A stretch of DNA of 32,000 nucleotides from Nitrosopumilus zosterae (GCF_025998175.1 NZ_AP026695.1:1462581-1494580); one strand, 5' to 3'. Shown: positions 9,317 through 18,057, counted from the first letter of the stretch. Notes: generated by a model from the letters alone, not told the origin. Numbers and translations: made by a program.

Positions 9317-9628
9317 TCAAGAGTTAAGAATTGGAAATTTCTTGTGTGTGGATTTCTGATAAGAAATAAAAGCATCTTTTTCTCCACTGCACTTTTTACA
9401 TATACATAATTGGGAAACGTTAGAAATATCACAAGTTTCCTGAAATTCACATTGAAGACAACCAGCTGATCCTCCACAAACGCTACATTGTAATTCATTA
9501 ATTTGAGCACATTTTTCATGTTTTACACCTAATCCTTTTGCCCACAATCCAATTTCATTGATTTCTATTTTTTCATTACAGACAATACATGTGCCTGGAA
9601 ATTTCATGGGAATTTTTCGCCAACTCAT
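9317..9628 (-). CDS. Cys-rich putative multi-zinc-binding protein (uncharacterised)
   Basis: 103 aa with C-x2-C...H-x2-C, then C-x2-C-x5-C-x2-C-x5-C, then C-x-C-x2-C. Its ATG overlaps the RFC stop (ATGA), suggesting translational coupling. Confidence 0.6.
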   Translation of the reverse strand: MSWRKIPMKFPGTCIVCNEKIEINEIGLWAKGLGVKHEKCAQINELQCSVCGGSAGCLQCEFQETCDISNVSQLCICKKCSGEKDAFISYQKSTHKKFPILNS

Positions 9629-10782
9629 TGAATTAGTTCAATCTCCTTTTCAATAATATCTCCAAAAGTTTCTTCGAGTTCTAATTCCAGAGTTTTATTT
9701 TTAATGCAAAATAAAACATAAGGAAGACACAAAGTTACACAAGCACTTGAAGACATATGTAATTTTTTTGCCATTATAGATGATAATGATTTGATTTTTG
9801 CACCATCCCAACGAATTCTATTAAGTAATGGCCATGAAAGATTGTATTGTGCATATCTAATTCGATCATCATTTTGATATAATTTTATCAGAATATCATT
9901 TAGGTATCTCAAAAGTCTCCAATTCTGAGTTTTCATAATCTTTCCAAAAAGCATATCAGCATTTGAAATAGTTTCCAAATAGTTTGCAAGACTTGAGTTA
10001 TCCAAAGTACTAGAGACAATACTAGAATAAAACGCATTGATTTTTTCCCTCGGATCAATTTGCATTGAATATAAAACAACTCTAGCTTCTTCAATCGAAT
10101 TTGCTTTAAAGAAAGCATTTACACCATCTTCGACGTTGATATTTTCAAAAGTTGTTTCGGTTTGAGGATTAAAACCAGTAACTAAAGATTGGGCAAAGTT
10201 AATCATTGAACGAATATCCCCTTTAGATTTATCAATTACTTTGATTAATGAACCAGGACTTAGTTTTGCATTTTCTTTTTTCAGAATATTTTCAAGATAG
10301 ACTCTAAGTAATCTAGGAGGAATTTTTTTGAAAGAGATTACTTTAACTACTTTTTTTATGCTTTTCATTTTATCGGATGTATCATTATTTGCAGCAAGAA
10401 TAATTGGTACTGTAGGTTCTTTCAAAATATCAACAAGTGCTGAAGCTCCACCATAATCACCACGTCCATGAATTCCGTCAACTTCATCAACAAAAATCAT
10501 TGGAGTTCCCAGAACGCTTACATTACCCAGAACAGGCGTAAGGATTTCATTAATTCTAGATTTACTTCTAACATCGCTTGCATTTAGTCCAATCATATCA
10601 TATCCAAATTGCTTGGCCACAAGATATGCAATAGTAGTTTTTCCAATACCGGGTGGACCAACTAGAAGAAGAGGTTTGGTACCCTTTTTCCATTTTGCAA
10701 ACCATTCCATAATTGCAGTACGCGATTCTTCATTTCCTACCATATCAGAAATATTCTGAGGTCGGTATTTTTCAGACCACAT
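9625..10782 (-). CDS. rfcL: Replication factor C, large subunit
   Basis: 'MWSEKYRPQNISDMVGNEE', Walker A 'GPPGIGKTT' and Walker B 'FVDEVDG'. I prefer the ATG at 10782. The ORF-track start at 10794 is GTG and would overlap the upstream gene by 4 nt. Confidence 0.9.
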   Translation of the reverse strand: MWSEKYRPQNISDMVGNEESRTAIMEWFAKWKKGTKPLLLVGPPGIGKTTIAYLVAKQFGYDMIGLNASDVRSKSRINEILTPVLGNVSVLGTPMIFVDEVDGIHGRGDYGGASALVDILKEPTVPIILAANNDTSDKMKSIKKVVKVISFKKIPPRLLRVYLENILKKENAKLSPGSLIKVIDKSKGDIRSMINFAQSLVTGFNPQTETTFENINVEDGVNAFFKANSIEEARVVLYSMQIDPREKINAFYSSIVSSTLDNSSLANYLETISNADMLFGKIMKTQNWRLLRYLNDILIKLYQNDDRIRYAQYNLSWPLLNRIRWDGAKIKSLSSIMAKKLHMSSSACVTLCLPYVLFCIKNKTLELELEETFGDIIEKEIELIQ

Positions 10783-10790
10783 CAATTTTA

Positions 10791-11906
10791 TCACTTAGGA
10801 AGTTTAGATTCAAAGTCAGACCATTTGTTGATCTTTTGTAATTTATTATACCAAAATTGATTGTAATGTTCAACAGTTAAAAATAAAAATTCCAGAAATT
10901 CTTTGTGTGTGAAATCTTTAGGCAATAATTCCAGAGTTAGTCTTGCATCTTGCAAATACAGATTACTTTTTTCCATAGTTATTTCGAATCCTTTTTTCAC
11001 ATCATTTGCCAACAAAGAATAGTAAAGTGGCCAGGAAGGGATTTTTACAAATCCATTTTTTATAGAATCTTCAATTTCATTTCCGCACCCAACACCTTCG
11101 GCAGCTCTTGCCATACCTAAATAGAAAATTTCTCCCAAGGGTCGTTCAGCAAGAGCCATATTTCTACCAGCAGTTCCCATGACAGCACGATATTTTTTGT
11201 AAGATAAAGTCATCTCTTCTTCAGTAATAGTAGTTGGTTTTGACTTTAATTTCTCATCCAAGTATTGTCCAACTCTAGCATCTTTAAATCCGTCTTCAAA
11301 TTCTTTTAGAACTTGTTCACCACCTTTTGAAATTTTGTCTCTAGCCAATTTTAAGATATAAGGATTCATGAGTTTGTAATCATCAAGAAATTCCAAGTCT
11401 TCATCTTTATCTACAATTCTATCCATAGGTTCACTCAAATCAATTGCCAGAATATGTCCTTCAACCATATCTTGTTTTAATTTAGGATCACTCCTTCCAG
11501 AATATTCTGCCGCAGCATCAAACAATCCATTAAAAACAGGAAATGTCATTTTTACAAAATTAGAATTTAATATTCGGTTTACCCTATCTCGTATAACTTC
11601 AATAGTTTCTAATTTAGATTTTATAGGATCAATTTCAGATGCATTAAGAATAATTTCAGTTGAGCCTACTTCGTCACCAAAGGCTTGTTGAGTAAAGTTA
11701 GGATTTGTATCAGATTTTATTTCATTTAATAGCCCTTGTGCGAATCTTTCTGTAAAGTTAGGAAATTCACTTTCTGTTTCTTCCTTGTACTTGTTAAATA
11801 ATTTGAAACCTTTTGATTTAAACAAAGCCTGTTTTATTATTTGTTTTCCAGGTTTGGTACTCATCAGAGATTCTTTACTCACAACAGATTGATCTTTACC
11901 ACTCAC
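10791..11906 (-). CDS. Uncharacterised protein (no family recognised), first gene of the RFC operon
   Basis: Long uninterrupted ORF with ordinary amino-acid composition. It ends 8 nt before the RFC ATG. The start is GTG at 11906 (TATA-like 'ATAAATAA' ~20 nt upstream) or ATG at 11864. Confidence 0.7.
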   Translation of the reverse strand: MSGKDQSVVSKESLMSTKPGKQIIKQALFKSKGFKLFNKYKEETESEFPNFTERFAQGLLNEIKSDTNPNFTQQAFGDEVGSTEIILNASEIDPIKSKLETIEVIRDRVNRILNSNFVKMTFPVFNGLFDAAAEYSGRSDPKLKQDMVEGHILAIDLSEPMDRIVDKDEDLEFLDDYKLMNPYILKLARDKISKGGEQVLKEFEDGFKDARVGQYLDEKLKSKPTTITEEEMTLSYKKYRAVMGTAGRNMALAERPLGEIFYLGMARAAEGVGCGNEIEDSIKNGFVKIPSWPLYYSLLANDVKKGFEITMEKSNLYLQDARLTLELLPKDFTHKEFLEFLFLTVEHYNQFWYNKLQKINKWSDFESKLPK

Positions 11907-11989
11907 AAACGTAAGCTTCTTTATTGTTATTTATGCTTTCAAAATAAAAAATTTTCTTCACTTAAATTACGAAGTAAAAAATATTCATT

Positions 11990-12790
11990 ATGCAAACAGT
12001 GGATATTCTCAGGGAAGCATCAAATAGAATTTTTGAAAATGTAAAGAATCTTGCAGGTACTGAACATGCTGCAGGAGATTTTGGAATAGGTGCAGGCGGA
12101 GATATTTCAAGAAACATAGACATAGTTGCTGAAAAAACAGTTTTAGATTATCTTAAAGAAATTAATTTTGAATGTATTGTTTTAGGTGAAGAATGTGGAC
12201 GAGTGGAATTATCAGACAATCCTAAGGGGTTTATTATAATGGATGCAATTGATGGTTCTGCAAATGCAGTTAGAGGGATTCCATTTTTTTGCAGTTCATT
12301 GGCATTTGCAACTGAAAATAAACTAAGTTCAATCACTGATGGTGTAATTACAAATCTGGCAAATGGAGAAATGTATTGGGCTTCAAAAAACAAGGGTTCA
12401 TTTTTTAACGATCAGCAAATAAGAGTTCGTAGTAATGATCCCATATACAAAATAGTGGGAGTCAACATATCTGGTGCATCAGATAATTTGGTTAAACGAG
12501 TACTTCCCATATTTGAGAAACACGAACATCTTAGACATTTTGGTGCAAATGCTTTAGAAATGGCATTTTTTGCTAGAGGATTGCTTGATATTTTTATTGA
12601 TTTACGAGAAAAAATTAGAATTCAAGATATTGCTGCAGGATATCTAATTGTAAGAGAAGCTGGAGGATTATTATTAGATTCAGATTTAAATCCACTAGAT
12701 GCAGATCTCAGTTATGATACCAGGATTTCTTTCATTGCAGCATCGAATCAGAAAATTCTTGACGAAATAATGTCATTAATCGATCAATAA
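11990..12790 (+). CDS. Inositol monophosphatase / fructose-1,6-bisphosphatase family phosphatase
   Basis: 'VLGEECG' (metal-binding EE), 'MDAIDGSANA' (DPIDGT-type motif) and 'QDIAAGYLIVREAGG' (WDxAAG-type motif). Confidence 0.88.
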   Translation: MQTVDILREASNRIFENVKNLAGTEHAAGDFGIGAGGDISRNIDIVAEKTVLDYLKEINFECIVLGEECGRVELSDNPKGFIIMDAIDGSANAVRGIPFFCSSLAFATENKLSSITDGVITNLANGEMYWASKNKGSFFNDQQIRVRSNDPIYKIVGVNISGASDNLVKRVLPIFEKHEHLRHFGANALEMAFFARGLLDIFIDLREKIRIQDIAAGYLIVREAGGLLLDSDLNPLDADLSYDTRISFIAASNQKILDEIMSLIDQ

Positions 12791-12915
12791 CAGATTTTAT
12801 TTTGAATCATATCGAGAAATTTAGCAATTAATTTGATAGATTAGAACAATGTTGAAACTTTTGAATCAATCATAACAGAAATATATTTATCCAAAGTCAC
12901 GAAAAAACTTCTTGT

Positions 12916-13758
12916 ATGGTAACTGAGATGAAAGCAAAGGTCGTCTATAGTGAATTACTAAAAGAAGATCTAGTAATCATACGACTAGTACCAGAAAATG
13001 GTATGCCTCAATACAAAACAGGTCAATTTTTAACAATAGGACTTCCAATACCATCAGAAAAAAAAATAGTAAGAAGAGCATACTCAATTGCATCACATGC
13101 AGAAAATAGAGATTACTTTGAATTTGTAATTAGATGGGTAAGGAAACCGCTTCCAGGAAGGGTTACAACCGAATTGTTTTATCTTAGCGTTGGTGATGAA
13201 GTATACCTTGGTGAACCAACAGGTGCTGCATTACAAATTAGTGACAAGCTGCCTAATGGACAAAAAGACAATAGAAGAGTAATTTGCGTAGGAGGAGGCA
13301 CGGGATTAGCACCATTTATTGCATTTGCTAAACATTTCCATGATACAAATGATAAACGAGAAGTAATTGTTTTACATGGCGCAAGTTATGTAGACGAATT
13401 AAGCTACAAGCGCCTCTTAACTGATTTAGAATTAGAAAGTGAGAAAAGAGGGAGAGACAAATGGAATTTCAGATATAGAGCTGCAATTAGTAGACCGAAA
13501 GAGTATTTCAATAGATCATGGAATGGTCATGTTGGAAGAGTAGAGTCGTTTTTCCAACCCAATAAAAAAACAGGGTTATCACCAGTAGAAGAAATGGTAG
13601 GTGAAGAAATAACTCCAGAAAATACAATCATCTACATTTGTGGTTATCAGGGAACTATTGATGGTGTAATGGAATATTTAGGACCAAAGGGATTTGTAAC
13701 AGAGCATGAAAAAAAGCCAGATGGTAGTTTTGCTATAAAGTATGAGTCTTATGGATAG
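12916..13758 (+). CDS. Ferredoxin-NADP+ reductase-type flavoprotein oxidoreductase
   Basis: FAD-binding 'RRAYSIAS', NAD(P)-binding 'GGGTGLAPF', and C-terminal 'YICGYQGTIDGV'. Confidence 0.85.
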   Translation: MVTEMKAKVVYSELLKEDLVIIRLVPENGMPQYKTGQFLTIGLPIPSEKKIVRRAYSIASHAENRDYFEFVIRWVRKPLPGRVTTELFYLSVGDEVYLGEPTGAALQISDKLPNGQKDNRRVICVGGGTGLAPFIAFAKHFHDTNDKREVIVLHGASYVDELSYKRLLTDLELESEKRGRDKWNFRYRAAISRPKEYFNRSWNGHVGRVESFFQPNKKTGLSPVEEMVGEEITPENTIIYICGYQGTIDGVMEYLGPKGFVTEHEKKPDGSFAIKYESYG

Positions 13759-13868
13759 AGTTTCTCAAAAGAATCATTACACATACAAATTTCTCGATCT
13801 GTGAAACCTAGAATAGTTGAATTAATGCATACCTGTGGATTTTTATATTGATTATTTTTCATCAAAAC

Positions 13869-14036
13869 ATGGCACAACTGAAGTGTAGAGATTATGGTTT
13901 TGAGTGTGATTTTGTAGCAGATGGTGAAATGGAACAAGTTATTGAAAATTTTAGAACACATACAGACGACGAACATGGAATAGATTATTCTAAAGAAGCC
14001 GTTATGCAATTTCTTTTAAGAAAACAAGGTTTGTAA
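13869..14036 (+). CDS. DUF1059-family small protein
   Basis: 'MAQLKCRDYGFECDFVADGEMEQVIENFRTHTDDEHG' matches the DUF1059 pattern (K/F-x-C-x-D-x-G-x-x-C-x-F ... H...HG). I chose the ATG at 13869 rather than the upstream ORF start at 13848. Confidence 0.75.
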   Translation: MAQLKCRDYGFECDFVADGEMEQVIENFRTHTDDEHGIDYSKEAVMQFLLRKQGL

Positions 14037-14039
14037 AAA

Positions 14040-15092
14040 TTAAGTATCGAATCGTTTCATTCTAGCAGACAAAACAGGTAATTCTTTTTCAATGATTTTC
14101 TCAACTGCTGGAACAATACCAGTTCTAGTCCTTACACTTTCTTCATAAATTTCCGCAATTTGATCTCTAAACAATAATTTGATTCCGGGAAGAGCAGTAA
14201 TTCCCTCATCAACAGTTCGAGGTTCAGATAAATCTAAAATGAGCGTACCTTTTGTTTTTTCTTCCATTACTAATCTAATTCTATCATATGTGATTAAGAA
14301 GTAATCAGATGTAGTTGCAACAAAAACAATATCATACTTATCAAAACCTGTTAAAACATCATTAAAATCTATAGGATTTCCACCAAGAATAGTTGTAAAA
14401 CCAGTTGCACGTTCAAGAGTTCTGCTTGTGACATCAAATGAGATACCCTTTTTATCTAAAGCTTTTACAAGCGTTGCTGCAGATTCACCAGTTCCAATAA
14501 GTAACACTTTTTTCTTAGAATCAAGGCCTGCCTTTTCATCCACAAGTTTTACCGCAACATCACCTAAAGATACAACATCTTTTGAAATTCCTGTTGTATC
14601 CCTCATTCTAGTTGATAATCGAATTACGCTTTCAAATAATTTATTTAGAATTGGTCCTGATGTACCAGCATTTTTTGCATTTGTAATTGCGTTAACAACA
14701 TCATCAAATACATTTTGCCATCCAACAACTAACGCATCTAAACCGGAAGTTAGTCGTAAAAGATTAAGATACACATCATCACCCTTGTAAACCTCCAGAG
14801 TTTGATCAAAATGATCTATATCAATTTGTTCTAATGAAGATAAAGATATCCAAGTGTCTTTAATTTGATTTAACACAAGTACTTTACCTTCAGGTCTTCG
14901 TGCATCGGGTGAATCATCAGTCTCAACATTACTAACTGTAAAGATTTCAACCCGAGTTGCAGATTGAATAATCACGCATTCCTCAACACCAGGAATTTTT
15001 TTAAACTCTACACATGCAGCGTTTACATCTTTAAAGGAAAATTTGGATAATGTGTGTATGGGAACATTTTTGAAAGTTACTCTTGCATTCAT
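14040..15092 (-). CDS. Glutamyl-tRNA reductase (HemA)-like protein lacking the catalytic Cys
   Basis: Collinear with GluTR at 'SGLDALVVG', Rossmann 'VLLIGTGESAATLVKAL' and 'LILDLSEPRTVD'. The active-site 'TCNR' motif reads 'SATR'. I prefer the ATG at 15092 (MNARVTFKNVPIH...). The ORF-track GTG start is at 15125. Confidence 0.75.
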   Translation of the reverse strand: MNARVTFKNVPIHTLSKFSFKDVNAACVEFKKIPGVEECVIIQSATRVEIFTVSNVETDDSPDARRPEGKVLVLNQIKDTWISLSSLEQIDIDHFDQTLEVYKGDDVYLNLLRLTSGLDALVVGWQNVFDDVVNAITNAKNAGTSGPILNKLFESVIRLSTRMRDTTGISKDVVSLGDVAVKLVDEKAGLDSKKKVLLIGTGESAATLVKALDKKGISFDVTSRTLERATGFTTILGGNPIDFNDVLTGFDKYDIVFVATTSDYFLITYDRIRLVMEEKTKGTLILDLSEPRTVDEGITALPGIKLLFRDQIAEIYEESVRTRTGIVPAVEKIIEKELPVLSARMKRFDT

Positions 15093-15128
15093 TACATCAA
15101 AAGATATTTTGCTCAAATCATTCACCCA

Positions 15129-15890
15129 TTATGCCTTTATTTTATCCCGTCCGCCTTTGGCTGTTCTAAAAACATTCATTCCAATATAGAAATTTTCATG
15201 TAAAGATTCCAAATAAACAATTTCATTTTCAGCATCTTTAAGTTCTTTTTCAGATGCATCAGGATTATTTTTTAATTTTTCAAGTTTTATTTTTGATTCT
15301 TCTAAAAATGAATCAACACCACGCTCGTAATTTGAAACTCCGCCAAACTCTGGACTAAGTACATGTTCTGGAACATATACAGGAGTTTGATCCTGAGGAA
15401 TCTCTGCTTGTCTGGTTAGGGATTCTTGTTCTTCTTGTGAGAGGATTGGTCTAGGGAATCGATCTTTTTTATTTAAGAAGAATTCAGGCTCACCCATTTC
15501 CCGTCTGAATATTTCTTCACCTTGTCTCTTAAACGTGTAATCAGATTTCTTTGCTGCATCGGCTTTAACTTCAGCAGCTATTGCTTTGTATTCTTCCTCA
15601 GCTGCTGCTTCTGCTTCAGCTTTGGCTGCTTCTGCTTTTGCAAGAGCTTCTTTTACTGCAGCTTCAGCAGATTCTACAGCTTTTGCTGCTGCTTCTGCTT
15701 TTGCAATTGCTTCTTCGGCTGCTTTTGTTTCTCCAGCTGCTTTTGCTTCTTCAACCTTTTCTACTGCGGCTTCAGCAGATTCTACAGCTTTTGCTGCTGC
15801 TTCTTCAGCTATTTTAACACCAACGGCAGTATCTTTGACAGATGTCTCATCAGAAGATGAATCTACAGATTCTTTTTTATCTTCAGACAT
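15129..15890 (-). CDS. Ala/Glu/Lys-rich low-complexity protein with an unrecognised C-terminal domain
   Basis: ATG at 15890. The N-terminal ~110 aa are an acidic Ser/Asp stretch followed by an A/E/K helical repeat, with 'AAAKAVESAEAAV' occurring twice. The C-terminal ~130 aa have ordinary composition. The stop lies 3-36 nt upstream of the HemA-like gene. Confidence 0.65.
   Translation of the reverse strand: MSEDKKESVDSSSDETSVKDTAVGVKIAEEAAAKAVESAEAAVEKVEEAKAAGETKAAEEAIAKAEAAAKAVESAEAAVKEALAKAEAAKAEAEAAAEEEYKAIAAEVKADAAKKSDYTFKRQGEEIFRREMGEPEFFLNKKDRFPRPILSQEEQESLTRQAEIPQDQTPVYVPEHVLSPEFGGVSNYERGVDSFLEESKIKLEKLKNNPDASEKELKDAENEIVYLESLHENFYIGMNVFRTAKGGRDKIKA
15661..15804. repeat. 36-nt exact direct repeat (15661-15696 and 15769-15804), 108 nt apart, inside the A/E/K-rich CDS
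   Basis: 'gcttcagcagattctacagcttttgctgctgcttct' occurs twice in frame (36 codons apart), encoding the duplicated AAAKAVESAEAAV segment. Confidence 0.95.
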
Positions 15891-16116
15891 CAAATTTTAC
15901 TAAAATTGCCTGAATTTTAATATTCTTGTAGATAATTAAGCGCTAGTTTTTTGTCTTCAATCATGAAAATTCTGATTGATCGCAATAAAAATTCAAATTA
16001 GTATAATAGAAACTATGAGTTATCCTCATAAGGTGGGGGATCAGTTCGATACTTTTATTGACTTAGGCATGAGTCCAAGGATTTCTATTATTTTGTGATA
16101 AAAGAGACACAAAATT

Positions 16117-16242
16117 CTATAATTCCAAAGTTTCACAAGTTCCAGAACCACATGCAGGACAATTAGAGATTGCTTTCAATCCTATCGTTCTGTTAAATAT
16201 ACAACCACAATCCGTACACACTCTAAGATCTGCTTTCACCAT
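16117..16242 (-). CDS. 41-aa zinc-ribbon mini-protein (below the ORF-track cutoff)
   Basis: Manual translation is MVKADLRVCTDCGCIFNRTIGLKAISNCPACGSGTCETLEL*, with a C-x2-C ... C-x2-C pair. It sits 37 nt downstream of TFB on the same strand and is followed by a hairpin (16013-16031) and T-tracts. Confidence 0.45.
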   Translation of the reverse strand: MVKADLRVCTDCGCIFNRTIGLKAISNCPACGSGTCETLEL

Positions 16243-16279
16243 GATTTTTAAAACACCCCACAGATTTTGAATATTTGTG

Positions 16280-17170
16280 TCATAGTATTGTCCTGAGACC
16301 CTTACACCTATTTCTTATTGTTACTTCAGTAATGCCTGCAGCATCGGCAATGTCTTTTTGAGTTCGGTTTTCTTCCAAATCTATACTTGCAAGATATAAT
16401 GCAGATGCAGCTAATCCCATAGGGTGTTTTCCGGCAAGGGCATTTTGTTTTTCTGCCTTTTTTAGAATTTTCATAGCATGTCGTTTTGTTTTTTCTGACA
16501 ATTCAGCATTACTTGCAATTTTTGCAATGCATGAAACAGAATCAGCAACAGGTATTTTCAGTTCTAATTCTTTGAAAATCAATCTATAGCTTGCAGTAAG
16601 TTCTTTTCTTTTTATTCCCATTGACGATGCAATTTCTTGCAATGTACGTGGAGTCTCAGATTCACGACATGCAGCATAAAGTGCAGCTGCAATAAGGGCA
16701 GCAATAGAACGTCCTCTGACTAGTTTTTTCTCCAAAGCTTTTCTATAGATGTAAGATGCCTTTTCTACAACTGCATCAGGCAAGGACAGTTTTTCTTTTA
16801 ATTTTAAAAGCTCTGATAATGCTTGTTGAAGATTTCGCTCATCATTATTTTTCATATGACTTCTATTATCCCATTTCCGAAGACGTTTCAAAGAAGATTT
16901 CATTGAAGCAGATAATGGATTTCCAGAAGAATCTTTGTCAAAGGGATTAATCATAGTACTTAGACCTCGATCGTGTCGTGTCAAGGTTGTCTTATCACCA
17001 GTATGAGATCTGTTGACGGTAGAATTTGTAAATATCCTCTCAGATCTACTGTCATTTACTTTTTCATCCAGTACCACACCACATTTGGAACAGAATACTT
17101 CCTGAGAGTCTACATCTGTAATCACAGTATTTTTTCCACATCTAGGACATTTTGTTTCTTGTAAACTCAT
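16280..17170 (-). CDS. tfb: Transcription initiation factor B (TFIIB homolog)
   Basis: N-terminal zinc ribbon 'CPRCG...CSKCG', two cyclin-fold repeats and a C-terminal 'ITEVTIRNR' HTH. I prefer the ATG at 17170 (MSLQETKCPRCG). The ORF-track start at 17194 is GTG. Confidence 0.93.
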   Translation of the reverse strand: MSLQETKCPRCGKNTVITDVDSQEVFCSKCGVVLDEKVNDSRSERIFTNSTVNRSHTGDKTTLTRHDRGLSTMINPFDKDSSGNPLSASMKSSLKRLRKWDNRSHMKNNDERNLQQALSELLKLKEKLSLPDAVVEKASYIYRKALEKKLVRGRSIAALIAAALYAACRESETPRTLQEIASSMGIKRKELTASYRLIFKELELKIPVADSVSCIAKIASNAELSEKTKRHAMKILKKAEKQNALAGKHPMGLAASALYLASIDLEENRTQKDIADAAGITEVTIRNRCKGLRTIL

Positions 17171-17193
17171 AATAAAATCAAAAATACTTTGCA

Positions 17194-18057
17194 CTAGTGT
17201 TCTGCATGTCTCTTCAGTTTTTCAGACATTGTGATTAAACTGGTTTCAAGTCTTTTAGGGCTTGCAATGTAAAAATCGGCATAAAAATGACCGTCATCTT
17301 CAAACCATTTTGTATCAATTCCCTTACTATGCAAAAGAGAGATTGTCTTGTGTTTTTCTTCAAAATCGGAGAATCTTCTCTGTCTGATTGGTTTTAGATC
17401 ACTTTTTACAAGAGAGTAGTCATAATGATCAAAGGTGCTCTCAATTTTTTCCATATCAAAAATTCTCAAAACGGAGAACGCAAAGACAGGGTCTTTGTCT
17501 GAGAATTCTAAATCAGATTCAGATTGCTGTTTTTTAATTAATTCAAAAAGATTTGAGAATGCCTTGTATCCAATATAGCCAATGCAGCCAGTTGCAATTA
17601 TCAGATCAGACCGTGGGATATTTTTGATAGGTAGATTCCCAGACTCTAAATTAACACATATTCCTTTTTTGCAAAGCCCCAGATTTTCAGAGAATTTGAG
17701 TGCAGGTTCAGATATATCTATTTGATAAAAATCAAACGTGTCATCATATGAAAGATTTTCAAAAATTTGTTTTGATTGTTCAATTGAAGGCTCCTGTTCT
17801 AAAAAGAAATCATCCAATTCAGACATTTTCAAATCATATTTCATCAGCGCAGAATTGATTCCATAAGAACTTCCAATATCCATAATGTTAATTTTTTTTG
17901 AAAGTTTTTTGTAAAGTTGTTTTGCAATAGAAAGATACAACGGTTTTGTTTTATCAGGAATGCGATAGTCCAGCCTTTTCATTTCTTTGAGATATGCATT
18001 TGGAAATTTCTGTGTGTAAATGTTTGTAAAATCTTTTTTTACTGCCAGCTCTTCCAT
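17194..18057 (-). CDS. Putative class I SAM-dependent methyltransferase
   Basis: Motif I-like 'IMDIGSSYG', acidic post-I 'FYQIDIS' and 'LIIATGCIGYI'. No DNA-methyltransferase (D/N)PP(Y/F) motif is seen. Substrate unknown. Confidence 0.55.
   Translation of the reverse strand: MEELAVKKDFTNIYTQKFPNAYLKEMKRLDYRIPDKTKPLYLSIAKQLYKKLSKKINIMDIGSSYGINSALMKYDLKMSELDDFFLEQEPSIEQSKQIFENLSYDDTFDFYQIDISEPALKFSENLGLCKKGICVNLESGNLPIKNIPRSDLIIATGCIGYIGYKAFSNLFELIKKQQSESDLEFSDKDPVFAFSVLRIFDMEKIESTFDHYDYSLVKSDLKPIRQRRFSDFEEKHKTISLLHSKGIDTKWFEDDGHFYADFYIASPKRLETSLITMSEKLKRHAEH

Noticed and set aside
9298-9519. 73-aa minus-strand ORF overlapping the Cys-rich gene in another frame
   Set aside because: It is fully nested in the better-supported 103-aa frame, which has a conserved-looking Cys pattern and ATGA coupling to rfcL.
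13749-14009. 86-aa minus-strand ORF opposite the DUF1059 gene
   Set aside because: It is antisense to a recognisable family member, overlaps the FNR gene end, and has no motif.
15522-15903. Three plus-strand ORFs with extreme C/F, L/Q or A/S composition
   Set aside because: They are mirror images of the GCN/GAA-rich repeat region of the minus-strand A/E/K-rich gene, so they are low-complexity artefacts.
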